Below, in pieces: positions 20,106-29,336 of a stretch of DNA of 64,000 bases. A program made the position numbers and the translations under genes. The notes below the pieces were generated by a model. It ran no database searches. It had not been told where the DNA came from and saw only the letters and a program-made list of their open reading frames with translations. Position 1 is the first letter of the stretch; each line of letters opens with the position of its first letter. The stretch lies in IMG/VR virus record IMGVR_UViG_3300034073_005389, positions 124,001 to 188,000 of that record; one strand, written 5' to 3'.

Positions 20106-20630
20106 ATGGATAATTATTTAAAATTTTTAATTGAGTTGTATGCTGATTCTAAAATAAAACAAATTAGAAAAAATAGTTTTAGGGATGAGAAGGCAGAAAT
20201 TAAGTTAATGTTAGAAAATTTAGTTAATAGTTGGTTTGATAAAAATTATGATGAATTAAAAAGCAGTATTAATTTTGATAAATTAGAAAAAATTATTGAT
20301 AAGGATGCTTACATTCAAAATCTTATTGATCCTGGATTGAGGTTAGAGGCTCGCAGGAAATTATTTTTAATAAAGCGATTAGCCGATTACAGGGGTGAGA
20401 GGTGGTATGAGGAGGAGTCGGTAGATAGTCCTAGGACATATACAAATGTGGGAAAAGCTATTTCAGGATTATTGATGGCGGTAACTTCTCTTGGGGAGGA
20501 TAGGGTATTTAGTATGGTATCTCCTTTAGTTAGAGAGATTGAGAATTTAGATACTCCTACAAAGGCTGCTATTTGGGTAGCTCCAACGATACTTGGCATG
20601 ATGATTGATGCTTTCAAAAGATTAAAGTGA
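20106..20630 (+). CDS. hypothetical protein, opposite strand
   Basis: 174 aa with a strong AGGAG RBS; one of only two credible plus-strand genes. Confidence 0.75.
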   Translation: MDNYLKFLIELYADSKIKQIRKNSFRDEKAEIKLMLENLVNSWFDKNYDELKSSINFDKLEKIIDKDAYIQNLIDPGLRLEARRKLFLIKRLADYRGERWYEEESVDSPRTYTNVGKAISGLLMAVTSLGEDRVFSMVSPLVREIENLDTPTKAAIWVAPTILGMMIDAFKRLK

Positions 20631-21365
20631 GAAATATTTTAAATAATTGCAATTAAAGCATAATAGTTGAAAATTATTAGGATAATAGTTGGCATTTAGC
20701 CAAGCGTATATGTTTTTAATTTTTTTACGATGGATGGCACCATCATTGTTAATATGATCAATGGTTAAGAACTGTAGTTTATTACATTTGCAGTTATTGC
20801 AGCAATTATTATAATGTTGATAAGCTTTTAATTTTAAAGTAATTTGATAATTAATTTTTTGTTTATTACGGCAGAGGTTACAGGTGTACTTTTTTACATT
20901 ATTGTTGGAGTGGCAGTACTTACAACATTTATTGATTAGATAATTTTTATTAGTGATAGTTAGGGTATGTTTAGTGATTGAGTGTTGGCAATTGCAATTA
21001 TAGCATAGGATTCTAATATTATTAGGTTTATGTTTATGAACATATTTATAAAAGCTTGTACCTGAGTCTGTGGTTAAGATAGATTTTCTATGCTGTCTAC
21101 CATTTTTATCAATATGATCTAGGGATAATTTTTGATAGTTTGATTCATTGCATAGTTGGCATTTACCGCCGTAGTAATCAAAGACTTGTTGTTTGATTGA
21201 TGCGCGGTTGATTTTAAGAAAAGATAAATATTGTATTTTTTTAAGTTGATATCTTTGATTATTATCTTTTTGGATGCAAGATTTGCAGATTAATTGGTTT
21301 CTTTTTTTTCTGCTGGGGAGCCAATTAAGATTATTTAGTAATTGAGAGCATTGATTGCATTGCAT
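20622..21365 (-). CDS. tandem double-HNH endonuclease (Cys-rich)
   Basis: Two repeats of CxxC...DHI...LCxxCN (KCQLC..SLDHIDKNG..ILCYNCN; CCNNC..TIDHINNDG..LLCFNCN). Confidence 0.8.
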   Translation of the reverse strand: MQCNQCSQLLNNLNWLPSRKKRNQLICKSCIQKDNNQRYQLKKIQYLSFLKINRASIKQQVFDYYGGKCQLCNESNYQKLSLDHIDKNGRQHRKSILTTDSGTSFYKYVHKHKPNNIRILCYNCNCQHSITKHTLTITNKNYLINKCCKYCHSNNNVKKYTCNLCRNKQKINYQITLKLKAYQHYNNCCNNCKCNKLQFLTIDHINNDGAIHRKKIKNIYAWLNANYYPNNFQLLCFNCNYLKYFSL

Positions 21366-21367
21366 GA

Positions 21368-23227
21368 TTAAAATTTTCTAGGGATATAGCCGGTTAAGAT
21401 CATTGGTTTATTTAAATCTTTTACATTTTTATCTTTGTAAGCAGGGTTGAGATTACTAAATGCTTTAGTAATAAAAAATTTATAAGCTAAGTAAGCATTG
21501 AGCAAAGCCATAAACCCATCGTTTGGGGTACCACCTTTTACATAGTGGATGGTAGGGTCACCACCACGGGAGATAGACGGTTTAATTTCCATACTAGCGC
21601 AGTGGTCGATGAGCCAGGCAATTTTTTCATAATCACCGAATGGGAATTTGACCATACCTTTTTTCATTTGTTCAAACAGTTCTCCAATATAATGATCTCG
21701 TTCAAAGACTAATTCTTTAGGGTAGGCTTCTTGGTTATACTTGACGAAGTTATTTACTTTATTATGGGCTCTGGAGACGATGTATCTATCGCCATAGGTA
21801 TTGTGCATAACTTCGGAGAAGTCGTTAGAGTAACCGATATCTCCGATGGCTAATTGAACGCTATATTGTCTCATTAGTTGATCGATGATACCTTTTTTGC
21901 TTTCGAAGTCATTTCTTTTAAATTTAGTAGCGAACTCAATAGATAGTAATCCTGCACCTTTGGCGGTTAGGACTACGGCAGTAGAATAAGATTGCCCGCC
22001 TTTAACTTGTTCTGGATTGGCTAATTGTTCTAGGTCTGCACGAGCGCCGTAATCGATACCTAGCACAACAATTTCTTCTTCTCCTGGAGAGATTCTAGCT
22101 CTAAATTTACGACCTGGTTCTCCGCAATTTTCTCTTATTTCTTCTACTGTAATTGGGCTACTGTCACCTTGGAAGAACTCTCCTAATACTTCATTTTGGT
22201 AAAGTCTTTCATTATTGACTGGATGTATTCCTGGTTTTTCGTTTAAGATATCTTCTTTAGTAAAGAAGGGCATGTACAATTGGTTAATATGAAAACCGAT
22301 CATTTTACAATCTTCATCGGTTTCTGATTTTAGAGCAACCCATTTACCATTTTCTGCGGCTTGTCTTTTATCTTGTTCGTGCCCGCAATGAGTACATTTA
22401 ACAATGTAGCTATGCAGCCAAATTTTTTCCCATTCATCAGATCCTGGGGTATATAATGGAAAATGTTTTTTGCATTGGGAGCAGCCTAGATAATAATATT
22501 GTTGAGTAGAGCTAGCCCATCTTTTGTAGTATCCGGATCCTTTACGACGAGGGGTTCCAAAGAATACTTGTACGCCTTTATTGCCGTATTTGGCGGTAGT
22601 TAAGATTTTTAAAGCATTACCGATGGCATGATCTGGAGTTCTTTGACATTCGTCGATAAACATAACATCGGCGGTTCTACCGATTAAGCGATCTGCATCC
22701 ATACCAGTAGATTCGATCCACAAATGGTTTCCGTTTAAAAATTGTTTAAAATGAAGTGAGTCATTGGTAGAGGAGGAGGTATCTAATAAAGCCTGCATGT
22801 AAGATTTAGGTTTTAAACCTTTTTTATCTGATTGTTCTTCTAATTGAATAGAAGAGTTAATCATATGGCTTAATTTTGTTTTTGAGTAGGCGGCAGCTAA
22901 TTCTAATTGTGGGAAAGTATGGATAATACGGATGGGAGGTCTATTTCCTGTACCAAATAATCCACATCCCATAAAATACATTTCAAGGGCACTTGCCATG
23001 GTAGTTGCGCCTACCTGACGACCTTTGACAATAATAACAGGTTTAGCATTAGGTTCTAAGGCTTTAATTCCGACATAACGATAAATATCAGAAAATGGTT
23101 TATAACCATTCCCATTGATTCTAAAAGGTTTACCATCTAAAGTAAGATATTTTTCACAAAAGCTTACAGGATCAATGCTTAATAATTGTTTTTTTAATTT
23201 AATAAATAATTCGTCGTCTTTATTCAT
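21368..23227 (-). CDS. terL: large terminase subunit (GpA-like)
   Basis: Walker A KGRQVGATT, Walker B MFIDECQ, GTP coupling motif, CxxC zinc pairs, GFHINQLY, RNase H-like LGIDYG. Confidence 0.9.
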   Translation of the reverse strand: MNKDDELFIKLKKQLLSIDPVSFCEKYLTLDGKPFRINGNGYKPFSDIYRYVGIKALEPNAKPVIIVKGRQVGATTMASALEMYFMGCGLFGTGNRPPIRIIHTFPQLELAAAYSKTKLSHMINSSIQLEEQSDKKGLKPKSYMQALLDTSSSTNDSLHFKQFLNGNHLWIESTGMDADRLIGRTADVMFIDECQRTPDHAIGNALKILTTAKYGNKGVQVFFGTPRRKGSGYYKRWASSTQQYYYLGCSQCKKHFPLYTPGSDEWEKIWLHSYIVKCTHCGHEQDKRQAAENGKWVALKSETDEDCKMIGFHINQLYMPFFTKEDILNEKPGIHPVNNERLYQNEVLGEFFQGDSSPITVEEIRENCGEPGRKFRARISPGEEEIVVLGIDYGARADLEQLANPEQVKGGQSYSTAVVLTAKGAGLLSIEFATKFKRNDFESKKGIIDQLMRQYSVQLAIGDIGYSNDFSEVMHNTYGDRYIVSRAHNKVNNFVKYNQEAYPKELVFERDHYIGELFEQMKKGMVKFPFGDYEKIAWLIDHCASMEIKPSISRGGDPTIHYVKGGTPNDGFMALLNAYLAYKFFITKAFSNLNPAYKDKNVKDLNKPMILTGYIPRKF

Positions 23228-23249
23228 ATATAAAGATATATCTAAAAAA

Positions 23250-23277
23250 AATAACTCATAGATATCTATGAGTTATT
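23250..23277. terminator. 28-bp perfect palindrome, probable terminator upstream of terL
   Basis: AATAACTCATAGAT|ATCTATGAGTTATT, followed by a T run on the minus strand. Confidence 0.6.
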
Positions 23278-23298
23278 AAGTAAGTTTATTTAATTGTA

Positions 23299-23943
23299 TT
23301 ATATTTTAGCTGGCATTAGAGCGCTAAAATAATCGGAGTTTAGTTCATCAGAGCTTAATTGGTTATTGTCTTGTGATCTACCTAATTGCATTTCTCCTTG
23401 CATATTTGAGTTAGATGCTTTTTCTTTTAAATTAAGTTCATTAGTTAATTTTAATAAATTTTCATCTTCCCAATATTTATCTTCTGAAACATCTTTTCGG
23501 TGAATAGATTTAATTTTTTCTAAAATAGCTGGTAAAGGCAAATTGCCCTTAGTACTAGAAATAAAGTTTTTTATTGTAATTAAGATTTGGGGTCGTTCTT
23601 TTAGGACTAACACTTGGTCTAAATGTTGTAGATCAGATTCAGAGATAGGTCCGGCGATTTTTTTATTTGTTATTTCTTGTTCAGATTGTTTAACATTTTT
23701 TAAATAACTGGTTAATCCGCTACGCTGCATCATATCTTCTACAGCTGCGGCTACAGAGGTATATTTAGATTTTTTGTTGATTACGGCATTGATTTGATCG
23801 AACATTGATTGATCAACTCTTCTTGGCTGTACTGCATTTTTTTCTAAATTTTTTTCAAATTGTCTAAGCCAATAATCATCATCAATATGAGCATCTTTTT
23901 CTCTATTGATTACGGCTTGATGTCTAGAATATCTGTTTGACAT
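23299..23943 (-). CDS. hypothetical head-region protein
   Basis: 214 aa, NKKIAG motif, located in the head cluster. Confidence 0.8.
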   Translation of the reverse strand: MSNRYSRHQAVINREKDAHIDDDYWLRQFEKNLEKNAVQPRRVDQSMFDQINAVINKKSKYTSVAAAVEDMMQRSGLTSYLKNVKQSEQEITNKKIAGPISESDLQHLDQVLVLKERPQILITIKNFISSTKGNLPLPAILEKIKSIHRKDVSEDKYWEDENLLKLTNELNLKEKASNSNMQGEMQLGRSQDNNQLSSDELNSDYFSALMPAKI

Positions 23944-23945
23944 AA

Positions 23946-24878
23946 TTATCCTTTATAATTTGAAGCCCAGTCAATACCGTCGCTGCTAGATACTTCTAAT
24001 GCATCTTCTGGCAAATATCCACGATCTTGACGTAAAGGATAGCCCATATCATCTAATAACTGTCTTACTTCTGCTTGTTCACGAACGCTTAATTTATATA
24101 ATTTAACTTGTTTTTCGTATGTATTTTCAATATCATGACCAGCAGAAACCATACCGTTAATACAAACTCTAGCAATTCTAGAAATCAATAAAGGAACAGT
24201 AACATACACACCTTGTACGCCTGTAATTTTTTGAGCTTCTTTTACAAAACCCATAGGAATTACTTCTGCTTCAGATTTTTTCTTTTTCTTGGTTTTTCTT
24301 ACTTTTTCTAATCTATCTTCTAATCTTTGTAATCCATCATCAATAGTTGATCTGATTGCTTCTACTTTATCTGCATCTAAAGCTCCATCTAAATCTAGTC
24401 TCATAGCTTTAGATATTTCATTATCTAATCTTTGTAGATATGAGATGGCTCTTTCTAATCCAGCAGTATCCATACCTGAGTGGCGGGGGACAGAATCTAC
24501 TCTATCTTTTACCCAGACAACAAATCCATGATGACCTTTGGATTCCCAGTCCCATTTATCTTCTTTTTTAGATTTGCGGGCATCATTGGTATCGCCTTTA
24601 TCTTCTTTGTCTTCTTTATCTTCCACTATAATTTCAGGTGCATCTTCTGCGCCAGGAACATCTGGTAATGTAATCTCAATCTCTACTTTCTCAGGATGCA
24701 AAATATTTAAGCTATTTGGAGCCTCATGCATATGCTGATGTTCTCCATGAGAATGAGATGGCATAGCTGGTAACATAGGAGATAATACGGGCTCTAAAGA
24801 AGATAAAGGAGGAGATACATCACCTTCAAAAGATGGATCCACGACTACTAATTCTTGAGCAAGAGTCATTAATGACAT
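23946..24878 (-). CDS. hypothetical head-region protein
   Basis: 310 aa, FVKEAQ motif, acidic/Pro-rich N-terminus, GAGG RBS. Confidence 0.8.
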   Translation of the reverse strand: MSLMTLAQELVVVDPSFEGDVSPPLSSLEPVLSPMLPAMPSHSHGEHQHMHEAPNSLNILHPEKVEIEITLPDVPGAEDAPEIIVEDKEDKEDKGDTNDARKSKKEDKWDWESKGHHGFVVWVKDRVDSVPRHSGMDTAGLERAISYLQRLDNEISKAMRLDLDGALDADKVEAIRSTIDDGLQRLEDRLEKVRKTKKKKKSEAEVIPMGFVKEAQKITGVQGVYVTVPLLISRIARVCINGMVSAGHDIENTYEKQVKLYKLSVREQAEVRQLLDDMGYPLRQDRGYLPEDALEVSSSDGIDWASNYKG

Positions 24879-24944
24879 TGGTACCTCTAAAGTAAAAATC
24901 TTTTAACATTTATATATTATAATAATCACTGATTATATAACAAT

Positions 24945-25595
24945 TTACACAAACCACATTTTATTATAAATTTTGTTTCCTGAGTTAGTTACATCATAAT
25001 ATTGATTAATATTGTTAACTGTTTTATCTGCATCTAAATCTTCTTCTGGATCAAAACCATTTGGAAACAATAAATCTGGTTCTTTAGGTTGTAATAAAAT
25101 AGTAGCCAATCCTTTTAGATATGGAGAAGGCTCTTCGTCTTCGACATAATCTCTTCCAAAATTTAATTGTTCTGGTCTTTTGCCTTCAAAATCATTTAAG
25201 GCAAAATAATAATCGCCTCTTCCGCCAATCGGAATAGAATTTACATAAGCACCATTTTCTCCTAATATAGGAGTTACATATTGGTCTAATGAAAAATCAA
25301 TGGCTTTTTTTATAATTTGATTTAACAAATTGATTCTAGCTTTTGTTTTTTTATTTTTATATTTATTTTTTAATTTTTTTCTTCTTTTATTTAAAAAGTC
25401 TTTTACGCTTTTATACTGTAATATTTCATTCCAGCCTGATCCAGGACCATATTTACCAGGCACATCATATAAATCATAATTTTTATAAAATATTTCTTCA
25501 AATCTAGGTTGTACCAATACAGCTTTTTCTGGCTTATATTGTTGTTTTTTAGGTTTAGGCTTTTCAGTTCCTTGAAAATAAGAATGTTTAAGCAT
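24945..25595 (-). CDS. hypothetical protein
   Basis: 216 aa, IIKKAI motif, overlaps the upstream gene. Confidence 0.75.
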   Translation of the reverse strand: MLKHSYFQGTEKPKPKKQQYKPEKAVLVQPRFEEIFYKNYDLYDVPGKYGPGSGWNEILQYKSVKDFLNKRRKKLKNKYKNKKTKARINLLNQIIKKAIDFSLDQYVTPILGENGAYVNSIPIGGRGDYYFALNDFEGKRPEQLNFGRDYVEDEEPSPYLKGLATILLQPKEPDLLFPNGFDPEEDLDADKTVNNINQYYDVTNSGNKIYNKMWFV

Positions 25596-26355
25596 TGGAT
25601 CCTCTTAAATGTTTTAAATAATAAGGATAAATTACCTCATTAACAGGAACATGATTCCACAAATTCATTTTATTTAAATAATAATTAGCCCTTTCAGGGT
25701 CAAGAGAAAAAGATTTATCTAATTTTTCTGAAATATAAGCGGGATTTACATCTTGTAATGGATTTTGTTGATTATTGACATAATCAATAATAGGTTGGTC
25801 TATATCAAAACCTAACTTACATGCAATATAAATTGCTCTCACTATTCTTTTTTTTTGTTCTAAATCTTGAAAAGTATATTCTGGAGATAAACAAGTTTTT
25901 ATTTTCTTTTGTTTAATATCTTGAAAAGCTCTTTCAGTAGGATCATAGATTGTAGTTAAATTAAAATCCATTAAAAGAGCATTACATGTAAAGTCTCTAC
26001 TAAATGTCTCTTTCTTTATATTAGTCGGATTAACATTCATATCTCTTAATATATTTTGTATATTAGGATAATTATAATTAGAAGAAAAATCTAATTTAAT
26101 CTTGCCCAAGAAAATAGAAATATGTCCATCTAACATTGTTTTTTTAGTTACTGTATAATTTTGTTTTAAAGCATCAAATAATTTAATAGCAACTAAATCA
26201 ATTGTTTTATCACCTGTTGTTAGATCTATATCTTCTAATTTATCTAACCGATCCATATAGCGATCACGAGCCGCACCTCCACAAAGATATACCGTAGAAG
26301 CGTTTATATCCTCTTGTGTTCTTCTAATTTGAGATAATAGGTCTCGTAATTTCAT
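25588..26355 (-). CDS. tRNA nucleotidyltransferase / poly(A) polymerase family (class II) enzyme, short form
   Basis: GGAARD...DIDL (motif A), SRDFTCNAL (RRD motif), RIVRA helix; 255 aa with no HD domain. Confidence 0.85.
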   Translation of the reverse strand: MKLRDLLSQIRRTQEDINASTVYLCGGAARDRYMDRLDKLEDIDLTTGDKTIDLVAIKLFDALKQNYTVTKKTMLDGHISIFLGKIKLDFSSNYNYPNIQNILRDMNVNPTNIKKETFSRDFTCNALLMDFNLTTIYDPTERAFQDIKQKKIKTCLSPEYTFQDLEQKKRIVRAIYIACKLGFDIDQPIIDYVNNQQNPLQDVNPAYISEKLDKSFSLDPERANYYLNKMNLWNHVPVNEVIYPYYLKHLRGSNA

Positions 26356-26356
26356 A

Positions 26357-28264
26357 TTACACTACTGGTGGAGGTGTGACGGCTGGGGCTGGAGCTACGG
26401 GAGCAGGCGGTAATGCTGGTGCAGGAGGTGCAGGCATCAAGTCTTCATCAATCTCTATTTCTGGAGACTCTTGAACCCTACTCAAAGCTTCGTTAATTTC
26501 TTGATCTTTTCTTACTTGTTTTCTAATTTTTTCTTTAACTTCTCCAGATTCTAAGTTTTTCTTGATAGCATCAATTTGAGGAGATGTAGAAGGCAAGCTG
26601 TCTCCATACAAATTTATTTCTTTAGTCTGGGTTGCTCCATGTAATTTAGAAAGAATTGTATCAATACGAGTAGAGATATAGTTGTTTGACTCTAGTGCTT
26701 TGTTAGTTGCTTCAGATAAGTCTGGGAAGTATGAAGCCAATCCCAAACTATCTAACATCATATCTACAATAGCTAATTGTCTTGGAACTTCTCTTACTTT
26801 AAAGATTTTAGACAAATCTTCTAATTTAGAAATAATATCTTCTACTGTAATTTTAGAAAAAATTTCATTTACTTTGTTATCGAAAGTTTGTAAACTAGGA
26901 GAAGTTGACTTGTCAACAGCAGGAGCAGTTACTTCATCTTCTGATACTTCTAATGAAGGAGCAGCAGGCTCTGTAACAGGAGCTACTGGAGCAGGCGTCA
27001 TCGCAGGCAATGCTGGCGCAGGAGAACTTACTGCGGGCTCAGGGGCTAATTGAGCTTCTACTATTAACTCATCATCAATTGATAAATTATCTTCATCATA
27101 TACCTCTAATTCATCAATTGAATTAGAGTCTACGCCTTTTAATCCTTTTAAAAAGCTAGTAATACCAGGAGATTTGGGCTCTTTGGGAGCAGCAGGTGCA
27201 GCGGGAGCAGCAGGCATTGCTGGAATAGGAGGCGTTCCAGGTACTGGAGGTGCGCCACCAAGAGGAGGTATAGGTGTAGGAGGCATATTTGCGGTAGAGG
27301 GTGGCGCAGTAGGATCTGGAGGAGTTGCTGGGACAGTAGGAGAATTATCATTCTTAGGAGCTTCTGGCGCATTAGGCTGAGCAGGAATTGAAGCTGGTAA
27401 TCCGCCAGCAGAACCTGAACCACCAGCAGTATCGCTTCCAGTCATAGGATTAGGGGCAGGACTGACATTGGCTGCTGCTGCCGCAGCTGCTGGGTCATCT
27501 GCTAAAGCAAATAATAATTCGGCAGCATCAAAATATCCTCTTTTAACAAGAACATTGGCTTCACGAATAATCATATCTTGATACATTTTGTTAGAAGTGC
27601 TAACTTTATTTAAAGTACTTACTTTTTTCTTTAATCCAAAGATAGCTTCCATTAACGATTCTAATTCTTTTCCAGCAAACAAACTACCATCATCACTTCG
27701 TAATAGTTTTTCAATAGAATCTAGTCTACTGATTACTTTTTTTCTTTGTTTATTGATAATTTCTTTTCTTTCTTTATCTGTTAATTCGTTGCTAACTTTT
27801 TCTTTTACAGAATTAATATCTGATCCAGAAACTACTGCTTCTGATTTAATTGGGTCAGGTCTAATAGATAGAAAATATCCAGGATCGTCACCAAGGTAAT
27901 AATTATTTTGAGCAAATTTGTATTTCAAGTGATTACCCTCTTCGTAAAATCTAAGCCAATTTTTAAAATCTAATTTTTCATTATTAGACCAATTTGCAGT
28001 TGCCTGCGACAAAGCACTTGTTCGATCTAAACCATCTTTTTCTTTTGTGTATAATTCTCTTACCGCTACCAACCATTTATCTGTATTATGCTGCCCAGGA
28101 ATATGTAGCATGTACTCAGAATTAGGATATGCATACTTAATATCTGCTTCAGTCACTATTTCTATAGGCTCATCTGAAACGTCGGCATTTACAATACCAC
28201 CATCTACCAAAATATCTTCATCTAAAATATCTTTAGCCCCAGTTTCTAAAACTTCTATTTTCAT
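26357..28264 (-). CDS. hypothetical head-region protein with long Pro/Ala linkers (scaffold-like)
   Basis: 635 aa; IKYAY and YKFAQ motifs; acidic N-terminus; Pro/Ala-rich middle and tail. Confidence 0.8.
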   Translation of the reverse strand: MKIEVLETGAKDILDEDILVDGGIVNADVSDEPIEIVTEADIKYAYPNSEYMLHIPGQHNTDKWLVAVRELYTKEKDGLDRTSALSQATANWSNNEKLDFKNWLRFYEEGNHLKYKFAQNNYYLGDDPGYFLSIRPDPIKSEAVVSGSDINSVKEKVSNELTDKERKEIINKQRKKVISRLDSIEKLLRSDDGSLFAGKELESLMEAIFGLKKKVSTLNKVSTSNKMYQDMIIREANVLVKRGYFDAAELLFALADDPAAAAAAANVSPAPNPMTGSDTAGGSGSAGGLPASIPAQPNAPEAPKNDNSPTVPATPPDPTAPPSTANMPPTPIPPLGGAPPVPGTPPIPAMPAAPAAPAAPKEPKSPGITSFLKGLKGVDSNSIDELEVYDEDNLSIDDELIVEAQLAPEPAVSSPAPALPAMTPAPVAPVTEPAAPSLEVSEDEVTAPAVDKSTSPSLQTFDNKVNEIFSKITVEDIISKLEDLSKIFKVREVPRQLAIVDMMLDSLGLASYFPDLSEATNKALESNNYISTRIDTILSKLHGATQTKEINLYGDSLPSTSPQIDAIKKNLESGEVKEKIRKQVRKDQEINEALSRVQESPEIEIDEDLMPAPPAPALPPAPVAPAPAVTPPPVV

Positions 28265-28267
28265 AAA

Positions 28268-29023
28268 CTACTCATTTAATTTTTGGGTAATGGTTTCATT
28301 TAATAGTTTTGCCTCTGCCAACTTCATATCAGTATTTAATATATTATTTTTCTCAGGACTTTTTAAACTTTCCATTTTTTTATGAAATACTTCCATAAAA
28401 TATAAAGATGTCTGCAAATCCATCTGAGATAACACATCTCGTATCACATCATGAAATACCGAAATATGCTGATCTACTACCTGTAAAGTAACATTATGCT
28501 GAACTACATTATTAGCCGGAACTTCTGTGAACTTATAATACTTTTCCAAAATATTACCTAATGTATCTGCATATTCAATCAACAACCTATCAATTCTTGT
28601 ATTTATATTTCTAGGATCTGCTTGTACTTCATCGAATACTTGTGCTAAACGAGTTTCAATCGCTACACATAAATTAGCAACAATCTTCCTAACGTCTATT
28701 TCTTTGCTAGCTAACTCCATCATTTTGCTTCTATAAGCACTATTGTTTTGAACAGATAAAGTTAGCTGCTCTTCTGTGTTAGTAGCTACTGCCATTTTTG
28801 ATTTTGCAATGTCTTCTTGAATTAAATTATAAATATCTAAATAATTATCTTTAAAAGATTGAATAGACTTTTCAGCAATCACAAACTTAGCCTCACTAAC
28901 ATTTGTGTATTTTGCCTGTAACCATTCGTGTACATCGTTAGCAGATGTTCCAATAACTAATTTAGAAATAATTTCATCTTTATCCGGATGATCTATTATT
29001 TTTTTTAAAGCGGTTTTGTTCAT
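28268..29023 (-). CDS. hypothetical helical protein (small-terminase-like position; unproven)
   Basis: 251 aa, possible N-terminal HTH and coiled coil; function is a guess from context only. Confidence 0.7.
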   Translation of the reverse strand: MNKTALKKIIDHPDKDEIISKLVIGTSANDVHEWLQAKYTNVSEAKFVIAEKSIQSFKDNYLDIYNLIQEDIAKSKMAVATNTEEQLTLSVQNNSAYRSKMMELASKEIDVRKIVANLCVAIETRLAQVFDEVQADPRNINTRIDRLLIEYADTLGNILEKYYKFTEVPANNVVQHNVTLQVVDQHISVFHDVIRDVLSQMDLQTSLYFMEVFHKKMESLKSPEKNNILNTDMKLAEAKLLNETITQKLNE

Positions 29024-29070
29024 ACATAATACCTAATTTTGTTATAATATATGCAAAATTATATACAAAT

Positions 29071-29268
29071 TTATAATGACTTTGGTTTTTTCCAATCAGA
29101 TTCCCACATAGTAATTAAGTTATATCCAGCTAATTTTATCAAACTTTCTCTTAAAAGCGTATTATCATATAACTCTTTCATGGTTTTATTAAGTTTAATA
29201 TTTATTTCTTCTGGCTTAAAAATTTTTGGATTACCATGAAAATAATCTCCATAAAATTTATTTGCTCT
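29071..29268 (-). pseudogene. orphan C-terminal fragment of a Vsr/DUF559-like (PD-(D/E)XK) homing endonuclease
   Basis: Not in the ORF track. Manual translation RANKFYGDYFHGNPKIF...RESLIKLAGYNLITMWESDWKKPKSL*, preceded in frame by TAA with no start codon. Confidence 0.75.
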
Positions 29269-29276
29269 TTAATGCA

Positions 29277-29307
29277 AAAGAGCAGTCAGAAAGATCTGCT
29301 GCTCTTT
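29277..29307 (-). terminator. intrinsic terminator hairpin
   Basis: 9-bp stem AAAGAGCAG/CTGCTCTTT about 30 nt downstream of the 29337..30050 stop; a third arm at 29263-29270 allows alternative pairing. Confidence 0.6.
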
Positions 29308-29336
29308 GTAAATTATACTTACAAGATTGAACCATG

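Noticed and set aside
29051-29239. 62-aa plus-strand ORF
   Set aside because: It is antisense to the endonuclease remnant, which carries a recognisable motif
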